A stretch of DNA of 64,000 bases from Octopus sinensis (lineage: Eukaryota): positions 84,196,001 through 84,260,000 of the forward strand of contig NC_043004.1 of the NCBI RefSeq assembly GCF_006345805.1. The letters are read 5' to 3'. The translations under genes and the position numbers were made by a program. The stretch's first letter is position 1; every line of letters begins with the position of its first letter. A model generated the notes under the pieces. It saw nothing but the letters and a program-made list of their open reading frames with translations. It did not search any database and was not told the DNA's origin. Positions 52,294 to 64,000 of the stretch are shown here, one piece after another.

Positions 52294-53473
52294 GTATATG
52301 TATATCGTGACGCATATTTGCCATCTGAATATGGCTAACCCCTAAGGGTGGATGCTACTGTAGTTTGTAGCCCCAGGAATATATCTCCTCCAGCTGGCTA
52401 TAGACACACTATCTGTGTCCTCTCATTATTTCTGAAGGGGAGTCATCCTCCCCGTCTTCAACTCATGATACACACGGACCCGAGTTTCAAGATGTTTACC
52501 TTTCATCAGCGTGTTTCAATCATGGTTGTCGACGAGAAGTCAGCTCCCTTCACAAATACATATACTTGTATATGTATATGTATATATATATAAACATATA
52601 TATATATATTTATATATAAATATGTATGTATGTATATACCTACTATATTGCGATTTCGGTAACGGCAGTAGCTCCTTGTAGTTATAGTTTAAACACCGCT
52701 TTTTTTAAGAGAAGTGATTTTCACTCATTTCTTGCCTAACGACACACTTTACCCCTCCTTTTACCCCCTTCCACTCAAACATTTTTCTTCCTTATTTTCC
52801 CTTCCTTCACAGACACCTAAATCTCTCTGTCTACTTTCTTTTCTTTTCCCTATCTTCACTCTCTCCCAATCTCACTCCTCTCTAACCCCTGCACCTTCCT
52901 TTCTGATCTTGATCCTCTCTTTCCCCTCCCTTTCTCCCCCTCTCCGTCTCGCTCTTTTTAAAACATCATCAGTCTCAATTTTCGTAAGAAATGTGAAGCA
53001 AACTATCTATAAACCACTATTTTGATAAATCCGCTTACGGAAAAACGAGCTAAAAATATAAATAAAAATATATATAATTATCTAACGTTCTGACTGCCTC
53101 ATTATTGTCAAATTGCAACATATGTACATCACCTGAAGAACTGTGTACGTATATATATATATATTTGCTGGAAATATCGGTCTATAATATATAAATCGGA
53201 CTTTATAGCAAATCTTCGCTGCATATGCTGGCAAAAGTGTTTGCGGGCAGCGAACATTAACAAAAAGACTTCATCTTACCTGTAGGATGAACATTAGATA
53301 AATGTACAACCCAAATGTCGATAAATAAGGAGCTAGGTTTTGAACTCCCCAACATGTGTTTGTTAACCTAAATTTGATTACCACTCCTTAGCTAGATTCA
53401 CCGAGACAAAATTCTTAATGTTGCTACTTCAATGCCAGCATATTCGATTAAACTGTTAACAGAACCGAAAACA

Positions 53474-53533
<60 letters not shown>

Positions 53534-53559
53534 CATATAAATATATATGCATGTATGTA

Positions 53560-53596
<37 letters not shown>

Positions 53597-54818
53597 GTAT
53601 ATATATAGCACATTTTATCTATATAGCTTCGGGATTAGATCTAATTTATATCTACCATTTCGTGGTTTAATCTAAATATCTAATGAAAATGTATTGATTA
53701 ATTGAAATCAGAGTGGAGTGCGCAATTATTAGAAAACAGATTAAAATTATCTACATTATATAAATAGTTTAGAAAGTACGTATTAAAATAGTTTAGGTAG
53801 ATATTGATTAAGGAATTACATTAAATTAAATCATAAAATTAATGAATTGAGAAAAGTGTATATTTTAATGCAATATAGCATGAACATAATGAAATTCAGA
53901 GGATTAATTTAATCTATAAATGTGTTTGAAATCTATAATCTGCAGTATAAAGAAAACTGTAATATGTAAAAGACTTAAATAAGATACGCTATGTTGAATG
54001 GGAAAATAAAAATATTAAAATTGTTAAAATCTAAGAGTGCATAGTGTTTACAAGATTGGCCAAAGAATATGCTTGTATAGGGAGTTCATCTAATATGGAG
54101 TAAAATCATTTCTATACATGCATACACACACATGAGAGAAAAAAAAAGAATTGATTCAATATCTTTTCAAAAGCAAGCATTGATTAAAATGTTTAGATTA
54201 AATTAGTATAGGTGAAATAATGATCAGAATCTATTGATTATGGATATATAACGAAATCTGATCAAACATTACGGATTATAGATTTTAAATTAAATTAGTT
54301 TATCTCATAGAGTAATTACAAAGTATTTTATTAACTAAGGATGTTTTAATGTGAAAAATATAACACTACATATAAATTTCAAATTAAAAGACTGCATAAA
54401 CATAAAAATTATGAGGTTTAGTGGTTCAGACATTTATTCTCAATGAGTGAGTGCGCGTGTATGTGTATACTAGATGACATTGCTTCATTTAAATAAACTG
54501 AAACTTGAAAATTTACGACACATTAAGATATTATTAAAGCATACCATTAAGGGGTATATAACAAGAATTCAAAAAAGGGTTCAGAGTGTATTACTTTAGA
54601 TGTACAAAAGTAATAGATTACCAAGAAAATATCAAATGAGGTAACAATTACTTTTTAAATATTATTAAATATTGTGGATGCTGAAATATATATGACATTC
54701 CTTACTGCCTATATCAAAGGAAATGTTTTGTTGTGATCTACTGAGTAATGAAATCTATCTGGAAAATATTTCCAACACAAGCGCAAATAAGAGTGGTATG
54801 AAGAGATCACAGTCTGAG

Positions 54819-56053
54819 TACGAAGGAGTGATATTGAAGCTGTGAGACCATGCACGCCTTGATTTCAACTTTTCTTATTAATAACTGTATGCTTTCTCTC
54901 TACGTAAAGTGACTGTTCGGAAAAGAGTTCAGAAATAACTTGTAGCGACATCTCTTTCGTGTGAAGAAAATTGGAAATCATACTGTTTTCAAGTACCTGC
55001 GGTAAAAATATTTTTTCTTCACGAGGACATTCATTCTGGCATGGCTCTTACATTAGATGATGCTCTAGGTTTTTATCGACCGTGAGACAGAGGACGGCTA
55101 GATCTAGGAGGGGAAAGGAGAGTCTTGAAGAGGACCAATGGCTTGGATGTCTGGCAACTACCACCACAGAGGAAAACACTAATCGTGTTCACCACATGAC
55201 AAGCGAATGGCTATAAATCAAATAGCCAATGCTGTTAGTATAATCCGAGAGTTGAGAATACTCGGCACATTGATGTTGCGATGAAGATTTTTTACGCGGT
55301 GGGTGTCGCGTCTTCTGATACCTGATGATAAGCGCAACGGACTGATCACATCCCGGAGAAATATAACATTGTTTCAAGCAGATCCAGTTAGTTTTCTTCA
55401 ATTTCCCAACCAATGACGATTGTTGATAACTTTACATTGAGACACAGGCAATAAGATAATATATACAATGAAAAAGATCCTTCTGAACCTGCTCCAAAGA
55501 AGACCAAGGTTGTTTCATGAACTGGGAATGTGATGGCTTCAGTAGTTTGGGGTGCGAAATCTATTGTATTAATTATCTCCAGAAATAGTACGCATTCAAT
55601 GGAGACAAAGAGAGAGAGAGAGGTGTCAACTTACTGAGGCAGTTACGAAAGGCTATGGAGAACAAACGCTGAATAAAACAAACGAAAGTGGTATTGTCCC
55701 TCCATGAAAGTTCTCCAACGCACAATTCATGCATTTCAATAACTTCGGTGCATGAGTGTGTGTTTGAACTGGCTGGTCACCCCCTATTCTTCCGATTTCG
55801 CCCCATCTGTATATCATCTCTTCTCCAGCAAAAAAATCACACGAATGGAAGCCAGCAGTGCAGTGATCATGACATCATATATGATGTTGATGTATTTTTG
55901 ATCAATAGGATGAAGGTCTGTTCCCCTATGTGATTTAGGGTCTGATACAGAAGTATGTGCACCACAAGAGGAACTAAGTTCAAAACTTCACTTGATAACA
56001 TTCCATGAAGCTATCCTGATCAGTTTAATAACGTTTCAATTGACGTTCTTAAT
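54819..56053 (+). mobile_element. Approximately full-length (about 1.23 kb) decayed mariner
   Basis: RGKESLEED...TTTEENTNRVHHM; TRWVSRLL; PAPKKTKVVS*TGNVMASVVWGAK; HP..SSDFAPSVYHLF. Weak TIR remnants at the ends; (GA)n expansion inside. Confidence 0.85.
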
Positions 56054-56134
56054 AATATATGTGCGTGTGTGCGTGGGTATGCGTGCATGTATTATATCTC
56101 CTTCTCTCTCTCTCTTTTTCTCCCTCACACTCGA

Positions 56135-56452
56135 AATCTCTTCGTCATGAATGACCATGTGGTCGCACCAAGAATGTTCTCACCCAAGGTAAATTCCGGA
56201 CAATGAAAATAGTGGAAGACCAGCAGTCGCACATGCATACCAGTCTCCCTCCTTCACGCCACCGAAGTTGTCCAATGGAAAGGTAAAGGCCGACACAGCT
56301 TGACATCAGTGACATCTCATTTCTATAACTGGGTGAACTGGAGCAATCGAAAGTGTCCTGCTCAAGATACAACACTCACCCTGTCCGGGAATCGAATTAA
56401 CAACCTCACAATTGTAAACCGGACACTCTAACCTCTGAGTCATGTGCCTTCT
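56135..56452 (-). mobile_element. tRNA-head CORE-like SINE (third tail type)
   Basis: Minus strand GGCACATGACTCAGAGGTTAGAG...AATTCGATTCCCGG...TGTATCTTGAGCAGGACACTT. Confidence 0.7.
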
Positions 56453-57186
56453 AACGCTATATGTGTGTATGCATGTGTGTACGTGTGTGCATGTGTGTAT
56501 ATATGTGTATGCGTGTGTGCATATTACATATATGCGTGTGTGTATGTTGATATTCTATGTATCGTAGTAGCCGTAATATTTCAGTTGGAATATTTATTTG
56601 AATTGGCGTCAAAAAGAATTAATCGGGAAAGAATAGTTACTAGTCATCAGCGACGAACATAACTATTTTGTTTCTTATTAGTACTATATATGTCTGTGTG
56701 TGCGTGTGTATGTGTGTGTGTGTTTGTGTGTATACACACACATGTTTCGATATAGAGAAAGAGAGAAGTAAGAGAGAAACTATATATTTTATATATTCAC
56801 ATATGTTTCAACGGTTATTTCTCATGTCCATGAATGGAAACTTCTTGTATAAGAAATATCAGCAGAGACATATCATCAGTGGATATGTGCTTGCTAGAAC
56901 ATAACACATACAAGATTATTTCCCGGGCTATTCTATGCAGCCCAAGAGATATAAGAGACAAGGTATGAATTTGCAACGAACAGTTTATTAATACATTACG
57001 GCTAAGTGTTGTTACATCTGAGCCCTTTTAATATTCCTTCATATATCAAGCATTTCTTTTTCTACATCCGTTTCATCTATCAGTAATGTATACAAAGCAC
57101 CTTCCTATTCGTACGTTCGTTGATATTTTGTTTTAAGGATTTGGTTGCGCACTTTTCAGTGTTATTAATCTGAAAACTAAGAAAAA

Positions 57187-57412
57187 AATTTCCACTTATT
57201 TCTTATTTTTATTTTCCTAAAATTTTCGTTGCGTCTTGCAACCTTTTCAATAGTCTTCACTCCGTTATTTACACTGCGTTCAGCCAGTCACGGTCGAATA
57301 AATTCCCTGACAAGAACGCAGTGTAAATAACGGACAGAGTCAAGACTATTGAAAAGGTTGCAAGAACTAACGAAAATTTTAGGAAAACAAAAATAAGAAA
57401 TGAGTGGAAATT
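57187..57412. repeat. Foldback (arms 57187-57281 and 57314-57412, 32-nt spacer) carrying hammerhead-like motifs
   Basis: Arms are reverse complements (about 90%). Outward reading gives CTA-TTGAAAA-GGTTGC-aagac-GCAAC-GAAA-ATTT-TAG (left arm, minus) and a degenerate twin (right arm, plus). Confidence 0.92.
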
Positions 57413-58373
57413 TTACAGGTGAATGTTTTATATTATAAGGCACAAAAAGAAAATGACTATTCCCAGACATAACAGAATATGTTTCAATACACAAACTCAT
57501 ATAAAGAATTTTGCAAACCAAATCCAAAAACGAAACAAGAAAAAATTGTATACAGGAAGAATTTGATTATTATCAATTCCCCGGGCTGCACTCACAGAAA
57601 CACCTTTTTTGTTTTTTCTACTATCATTCTGCCCTTCTAACCACAATTGCACCTGGACCTTCTGTTTTTGCAGCTGGTTAATATTCTACCATATCAAGAC
57701 AAACAAATGTTCTGGTTACTACCAATATATCGTTTACTGCCATTATATTTCCGCATGCTATATATTTCCCCTTCAACAATCTGCCCTGAAAGCATTGGAT
57801 TTTACAACGGCAGGTTATCCTGAAATACACCGACGTGGTTCACGCAGTGAAACTCATGATCGACGGCCTATATTGAGGAATAATATAATTCAAATTATAC
57901 GATTGTAAATATATATCAAGCGAATGCAGGCAGTCTAATTTGAGAACTTTTAAACATAACATTAATTCGCGAAAATAACAAAAATGTGGACATCAACGTT
58001 CAATAATCTACACCACGGCTCGGTGTCCTGCTCACTTTTTAATACACGATCAATTCAAAAGTTAAAAGATAGTGTATGGTGTGAGATACATAAATTTTAT
58101 TAAAACATTGTGATTGTATTTCCATTAAACATGCAAGCAACCTCAGAATACAAATTGCATACACACGCTCTCTCACACACACACATACATACACACTGGT
58201 GCAGTGGAAATGTGTTTTGTTTTTCCAAGTAAATGCTTATTTACATTCATTCCTATATGCATACTTAAGCCTGAGTGCTTATTGCATACACTATACACAC
58301 ACACAAAATATGTTATATATAATCGATATATATTAACTTAGACATCTCTCCCTGTATGTATATATACATATAC

Positions 58374-58426
<53 letters not shown>

Positions 58427-58455
58427 TATATATATACATATACATACCTATTTAT

Positions 58456-58507
<52 letters not shown>

Positions 58508-58954
58508 TATATATAAAATTTATATATATATGTAACGTATATATGTATATGCGGATAGAGTGATAGATATATGAGACATAAATAGGTATTCCTTTAGGAA
58601 ACATGGGAAAACAAAACCATAATTTTCAGAATATTTTCGCTGCTAAGCAAAGTGAAAAGATATGTCTGGGAATTTATTCGACCGTGAATGTCTGAAACAA
58701 TTTAAGTTCTATAAAGAATTCTTAAGAAAGAACTGGCTTAGTTGCTGGATTTTAGTTCTCTTCGTTGATTTGTTTTAGTAAGTAATATAAAAGATCTCTG
58801 AAGCAGTTATAGCATACAATAATTTCAATGATTGCATACAGAATTTGTCCTGATGGCAATTCAATATTTGATTGCAGCAAGTTAAATAATACTGAAATAC
58901 ACGTAAACGTAAATATTATATACACATAGACCTATATACATATATATATATGTT

Positions 58955-59033
<79 letters not shown>

Positions 59034-59330
59034 CACATACAAACACGTATATCCATATATATATATATACATGTATTTATGCATTATACAAATCTGTGTT
59101 TACCACTGTGTGCGTGCGGTATGCGTATTATGCCGACCATGTAAACAGATTTCGTAGTTTCGTTATGGGCATCGGTGTGCGTAGTTTCATATTACAAACT
59201 CGTCCACTTTAGTTGCTTCGTTTTAAATTCCTGCACATTATTTTTAGCCATATATTTTCTTGTCTTCCTTCAAGTATTGTTTGCTTCCTTCGTTCATTTC
59301 TCGTGATTGTTTAACTTTTTATTCGCATTT

Positions 59331-59398
<68 letters not shown>

Positions 59399-59578
59399 CT
59401 GTCAAATAATTGTCACATAATATTTTACAGATAAATTTCCTCTATTTACATATTATTGAGGTCTCTTTCTTTTGTTATCTTACCGTTTTTACACACACAT
59501 ACATACATACATACATATATATATATCACGTCACGTGACCGGCCAGACCATCATATGTTGCTACACACACACACACAC

Positions 59579-59666
<88 letters not shown>

Positions 59667-59876
59667 GGAGGCGCAATGACCTAGTGGTTAGGGCAGCGGA
59701 CTTGCGGTCGGAGGATCGCGGTTTCGATTCCCAGACGGGCGTTGTGTGTGCTTATTGAGCGAAAACACCTAAAAGCTCCACGAGGATCCGGCAGGAGGTG
59801 GTGATCCCTGCTGTACTCTAAAAGGCGGTGCTCCAGCATGGCCGCAGTCAAATGACTGAAACAAGTACAAAAAAAA
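59667..59876 (+). mobile_element. Chimeric tRNA-derived SINE (head of one family, tail of another)
   Basis: Near-identical to 59892+ up to CTGCTGTACTCT (59819), then switches to the AAAGGCGGTGCTCCAGCATGG... tail. Confidence 0.85.
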
Positions 59877-59891
59877 TATATATATATATAT

Positions 59892-60149
59892 GGAGACGCA
59901 ATAGCCCAGTGGTTAGGGCAGCGGACTCGCGGTCGTAGGATCGCGGTTTCGATTCCCAGACCGAGCGTTGTGTGTGTTTATTGAGCGAAAACACCTAAAA
60001 GCTCCACAACGCTCCGGCAGGTGGTGGTGATCCCTGCTGTACTCTTTCACCACTCTTTCTCTCACTCTTTCGTCTGTTGGCCTGCTCGCTTAGCCAGCGG
60101 GGTGGCGACATTCGAAGGCTAAAACAATGCGAACGCATTGTGACCAGCG
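59892..60149 (+). mobile_element. tRNA-derived SINE (young; clear A and B boxes)
   Basis: GGAGACGCAATAGCCCAGTGGTTAGGGCAGCGGACTCGCGGTCGTAGGATCGCGGTTTCGATTCCC, then a non-tRNA body. Confidence 0.88.
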
Positions 60150-60412
60150 TGATAGTGAGTGATACATATATATTATATATATATATATATAAAAGATGAA
60201 TTAGGGTAAACGTTTTTAATTTTTCACCTATTTCCGAATTATATTATTTTGCGGTTAGAGTTATGGCTGCTCTGTCTAGTGGACGAACGGCCTGTTAAGG
60301 CCATTCCTAAATTGTTATATATTTACATTTTAGTCTCATGACTATTTTTCTTTTCCACTGGGCCGCTGGTAGTGATAAATTTCTATCGAATTTTTTACTA
60401 CCCTAAAATGAT

Positions 60413-60460
<48 letters not shown>

Positions 60461-60804
60461 CACGTCCGTGCGTAACTGTTTGTGAGTTAGTGTCATTGTT
60501 GTGTATGATATACACATCACTATTGTGTCTGAATTTGATGATTGTTCTGTTGTTCGTTTCATATGTCTACTAATGATTTATGCTTCTGTTTCTGACAAAA
60601 GATTATCAAATACATTTGTACCCAAAAAATTACAATAACTCAAGGCCAATTTCTGAAAATAAGCTTTTGTAAATGCTGTCAGAGTTGATAATATTCGTAC
60701 CTATATATCGGATCACTGGTTAGCCAGTGAATTTTTCAGCCGGCCATCGTACGTAATATATTTAGAGTATTTCTAGTCTAAATTATCAACACATCAGCAT
60801 ACTT

Positions 60805-60945
60805 TGCGTGTTTGGTGGGTGAGAAGCTTGCTTCTAAACCACATAGTTACAGGTTCAATCCCACTACATGGAGCCTTGGGCAAGTCTCTCCTACTCCAGG
60901 AGAGAAGTGGCCGATAGAATAAGTGAAGGCATAAAAAAATAGTCG
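60805..60945 (+). mobile_element. Internally deleted CORE-like SINE (copy F)
   Basis: GGTGAGAAGCTTGCTTCTAAACCACATAG..GGTTCAATCCCACT..CCTTGGGCAAGTCTCT, then CCGATAGAATAAGT. Confidence 0.7.
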
Positions 60946-61303
60946 AATAGATCGACTCCACGACTTATTCTTTTACTTATTCTATCGATTATTTTGCCGA
61001 ACCTCTATGTTACGGGGACGTAATCACAACAACATCGGTTGCCAAACAATAGTGTGTGTGGGGTGGGTGGGGGAGAAACACAAACGCACGAACACATGCA
61101 CACATGTATATATATGACGGGCTTCTTTCAGTTTCCGTCTACCAAATCCATTTACAAGGATTTAGTGAGCCCGAGACTACATGATACAGTTCTATATTTC
61201 ATATGTAGATGGCACTTGCCCAAGGTACTACTCAGGGGGACAGAACCCGGATCCATATTGTTGGTAAGCAAACGTCTTACTACACAGCCACTCTCGCGCC
61301 TAT
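60945..61303 (-). mobile_element. CORE-like SINE (copy E), tail-to-tail with copy F
   Basis: Same modules as copies A and C; small insertion in the CORE region. Confidence 0.8.
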
Positions 61304-61322
61304 ATATATATATATATATATA

Positions 61323-61690
61323 TTAACAATTGAGGGTAAAATTAATTAATCAATTTCACCAAGTGTTCAGTATGTAAAAGGACCATTTAAGGCGAATTCA
61401 AAATATTACATTATATAATTAGGGCTTAGTAAAATAAATTACTTTGCCACATACTGAACTTAGTAGAAATAGCAGCCAAAAAAAAAATTTCTTAGCATTT
61501 CTACTACTTAAAAAAAATTTCTCTCAGATAATGTTTACTCCAGACAGCTCAGGAAGGTTTGGAGGTAAATACAGAAAAATATCACAAGTACATAGATCGT
61601 TTGATTACGTCAACGTTTCAAGATTAGCCAAATAAAATCAGCATTTCTTTCGTCAGCTCAAAATTTCTTAATTTGGATTTGGATTTGGAT
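61323..61690 (-). mobile_element. Penelope-pLTR/retrozyme-like insert between (TA)n tracts
   Basis: About 365 bp bounded by (TA)n; canonical hammerhead core on the minus strand; (GGATTT)3 at one end. Confidence 0.55.
61608..61660 (-). ncRNA. Minimal hammerhead-like motif (canonical core, imperfect stems)
   Basis: CTGACGA-AAGA...TCTT-GAAA-CGTT: intact CUGANGA and GAAA, stem II AAGA/TCTT, palindromic AACGTT; stem I not well formed. Confidence 0.55.
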
Positions 61691-61701
61691 TTATATATAT
61701 A

Positions 61702-61747
<46 letters not shown>

Positions 61748-62006
61748 CGTTGAAGTATAATCGCCTAAAAGAAAAAAATTGAAGAAATTTATTTATTCAA
61801 TGCTAAATTTTATGGCATAAAGATAAACGTAGATTCATTTGAAAACGTCATGGATTTACATATATCCCTGTGTCGTAGAATATGGGTGTGAGGAATGGTG
61901 CCTCCTTACTCCTTACTCGTTGACACATTCGTACAGTTTAGTATTCCTGACCTACACCCACTAATCCTATTATATATATATATGTATATGTGTATGTGTC
62001 AGTGTT

Positions 62007-62040
<34 letters not shown>

Positions 62041-62084
62041 CGTTTGTGTGTGAGTGTGTATTTAGGTATGTTTGTATATATTGG

Positions 62085-63470
62085 TAGGGATGAATCAAAA
62101 GGAGGAAGTGTACCAATGTCTTACAGCATGAAGACCAGAGACTTGAGGCGTTCCGCATTGCGAAACAATGTGTTGCAGAGAATCGTGATGCTGTGGGTGA
62201 GAAGTGTATAAAGAATAATAATGGCATGCTCATGCTTCGTGATTCTGAGAAGAAAATAGTTTAGAAGCATTACGATGGAAGGGGAAAGAAAGGAATAAAG
62301 GGTGTCTCCCTGATATGAACCCAAAATAGGGACCAACTACCCTAGTTGACATTAGTATGATAGCAAAGGCAATTAAAATTATGCACAGAAGGAATGTCTC
62401 TTGTGCATCAGGAGTCATTACTGAGATTCTTCAAACGTGTTGTAGAGTAGAACAACCCATATGGATAATTCCGTTATTCAGGAAGGCGTAATCGCAGTAA
62501 CTGGCTCAGCAGCATCATACCTGCTACAACTGCAAGTCAGAGGTTTTAGAATTAATCATAGAAGCATCAACTTGCTAGATGAAATGATGAAATTTACGGT
62601 GAGTGTTATAACTCAATTTATGAGGGACATAATTAGGCTAGCTGAAATGCAGTTTAGCCTTATATCGGGGAAAACACTACCGATTCTATTTTCATTGGTA
62701 AGTGCAAGGGAAATGACAGGCTAAGAATAGGACGTTGTGCTTAGCATTTATTGATCTGTAAAAACCCATTGATCGACAAGGTACTTCGCTCTGTGATATG
62801 GGAATCTTCGAGGCAACTAGGGATAGACGAAGGGCTAGTCAAAGTAGTTCAGACCATGTAGAAGGATACACTTAGTATGATAAGAGACAGCCATCAGTAG
62901 AGTGAGGAATTTGATGTACAGGTAGGTGTTCTAGTCATCACCACGCTCGATACCACAACACAGGAATTTAAAACCGGATGCCCATGTGAGCTATTTTATA
63001 CTGATGATCTTTCTCTGTAAAAGAAGTAGAAATGAAATTCTAGGTGTGGAAGCAAAACCTCCACTAGAAGGGCCTCCACTAGAATAGCTAAAAGAAAGAT
63101 CCAAGTAAGCATGAAAAAAGACAGGACCCTACCAACTTCAGATGAATTGCTCTGCTCAGTTGGTAGGAAAGGTGTATTCACAAATTTTATTCGGTGTAGC
63201 TATTGCAAGCTATGAATACTCAGCACCTGCAGAGGAATAATAATTTCATAACAAGCAGTGTGTGTTCGTGTAAGATGTACGGGAGCCATGAAATGTATAG
63301 ATACATGGACAATTCCTTTTTTCGTATAAACCGGATTCTCTCTAGTGGATAATTTAGTAAGGGACATCGAATTGTACAAACCATGCCACAACAGACAATG
63401 CAGCCTCATACGGCTCCCAGGCTTGCCAGATCGTATCAAACCGCTAAAATTAAGCCTGCATTTAAAACGA
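62085..63470 (+). mobile_element. Decayed RTE-type LINE (RT region and Cys-rich C-terminal part)
   Basis: EAFRIAKQCVAENRDAVGEKCIK; EMQFS; LAFIDL*KP; ELFYTDDL; CSVGRKGV.TNFIRCSYCK; many stops and frameshifts. Confidence 0.85.
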
Positions 63471-63475
63471 ATTTT

Positions 63476-63600
63476 AAATGATGATGATGATGATGATGAT
63501 GACGACGACGTCGACGGTGACGACGTCGACGGTGACGACGATGATGATGATGATGGTGGTGGTTGTGGTGTTTTTGGTGATGATGATGATGATGGTAGTG
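63476..63600. repeat. (GAT)/(GAC)/(GGT) compound microsatellite
   Basis: Seen directly. Confidence 0.95.
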
Positions 63601-64000
63601 ACGAATATATATATAAATATATACAGACACACAGACTCAAATACCGAATATGAAGTAATATATGCTTTTATAAAAGCTTAAAATTCATCAAAACACTATT
63701 CCTCAAGATTTCACGTTCCCGTTCGTTCAACGTGAGTCTCTGAGGAACAGACTTGTGGTATTTTGCACCTTTTATAAAAGCACACATACATACACACATA
63801 CATACGTAAGTACATACATGCATACATGCATACATACATACATACATACATACATACATGTATCGTAATAAGAATATATCAGGACCCTCAGAAAGAAGAA
63901 TATATAAAGGGTCCTGAACATAACCCGTTTGTTCCTCTTTCCCATATAGCGTGGCCCAAGATTTCCAAGGAGATTATGGCTTACAGGTTTCGTCTGCTCT

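Noticed and set aside
52310-52540. Segment resembling a repeat I recall from octopus DNA
   Set aside because: No second copy or diagnostic motif in this window; cannot be classified from the sequence alone.
53222-53444. Possible old foldback (ATATGCTGGCA/TGCCAGCATAT)
   Set aside because: Only 11-bp and 8-bp blocks match; could be chance.
59667-59960. tRNA genes
   Set aside because: tRNA-like heads run directly into SINE bodies and lack an acceptor-stem 3' half; they are SINE promoters.
60260-60305. GGACGAAC-GGCC...GGCC hairpin
   Set aside because: Lacks GAAA and stem III; not supportable as a ribozyme.
63879-64000. 10-bp hairpin TCAGGACCCT/AGGGTCCTGA and minus-strand GACGAAACCTGTA
   Set aside because: May be another hammerhead element, but the core would lie beyond the window edge.

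Overview
AT-rich, microsatellite-saturated eukaryotic DNA. The SINE, LINE, mariner and Helitron families resemble those I recall from Octopus (coleoid cephalopod); this is from memory, not a database search. The window is most likely intergenic or deep intronic, and no host gene can be called confidently. Most ORFs in the track are simple-repeat artefacts. The only long intact ORF (48579-50732) is a 5'-truncated, young Penelope-like retroelement with RT and GIY-YIG domains, whose 3' end carries a hammerhead-ribozyme-like motif with a U3/A8 core variant. Other elements: a full-length decayed hAT of SPIN/Charlie type with TIRs and a degenerate TSD; two full-length decayed mariners plus a fragment; a non-autonomous Helitron-like element; fragments of R4/Dong-, CR1/L2- and RTE-type LINEs; and many tRNA-derived SINEs. 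The most unusual signals are: (i) six 220-900 bp foldback (inverted-repeat) modules, mostly in or beside (TA)n tracts, at least two of which look like head-to-head duplications of hammerhead-bearing Penelope-type termini; (ii) further short hammerhead-bearing inserts between (TA)n tracts; (iii) a 43-nt 3' tail with a hairpin shared by the CR1/L2-like LINE and the SINEs, pointing to their autonomous partner.
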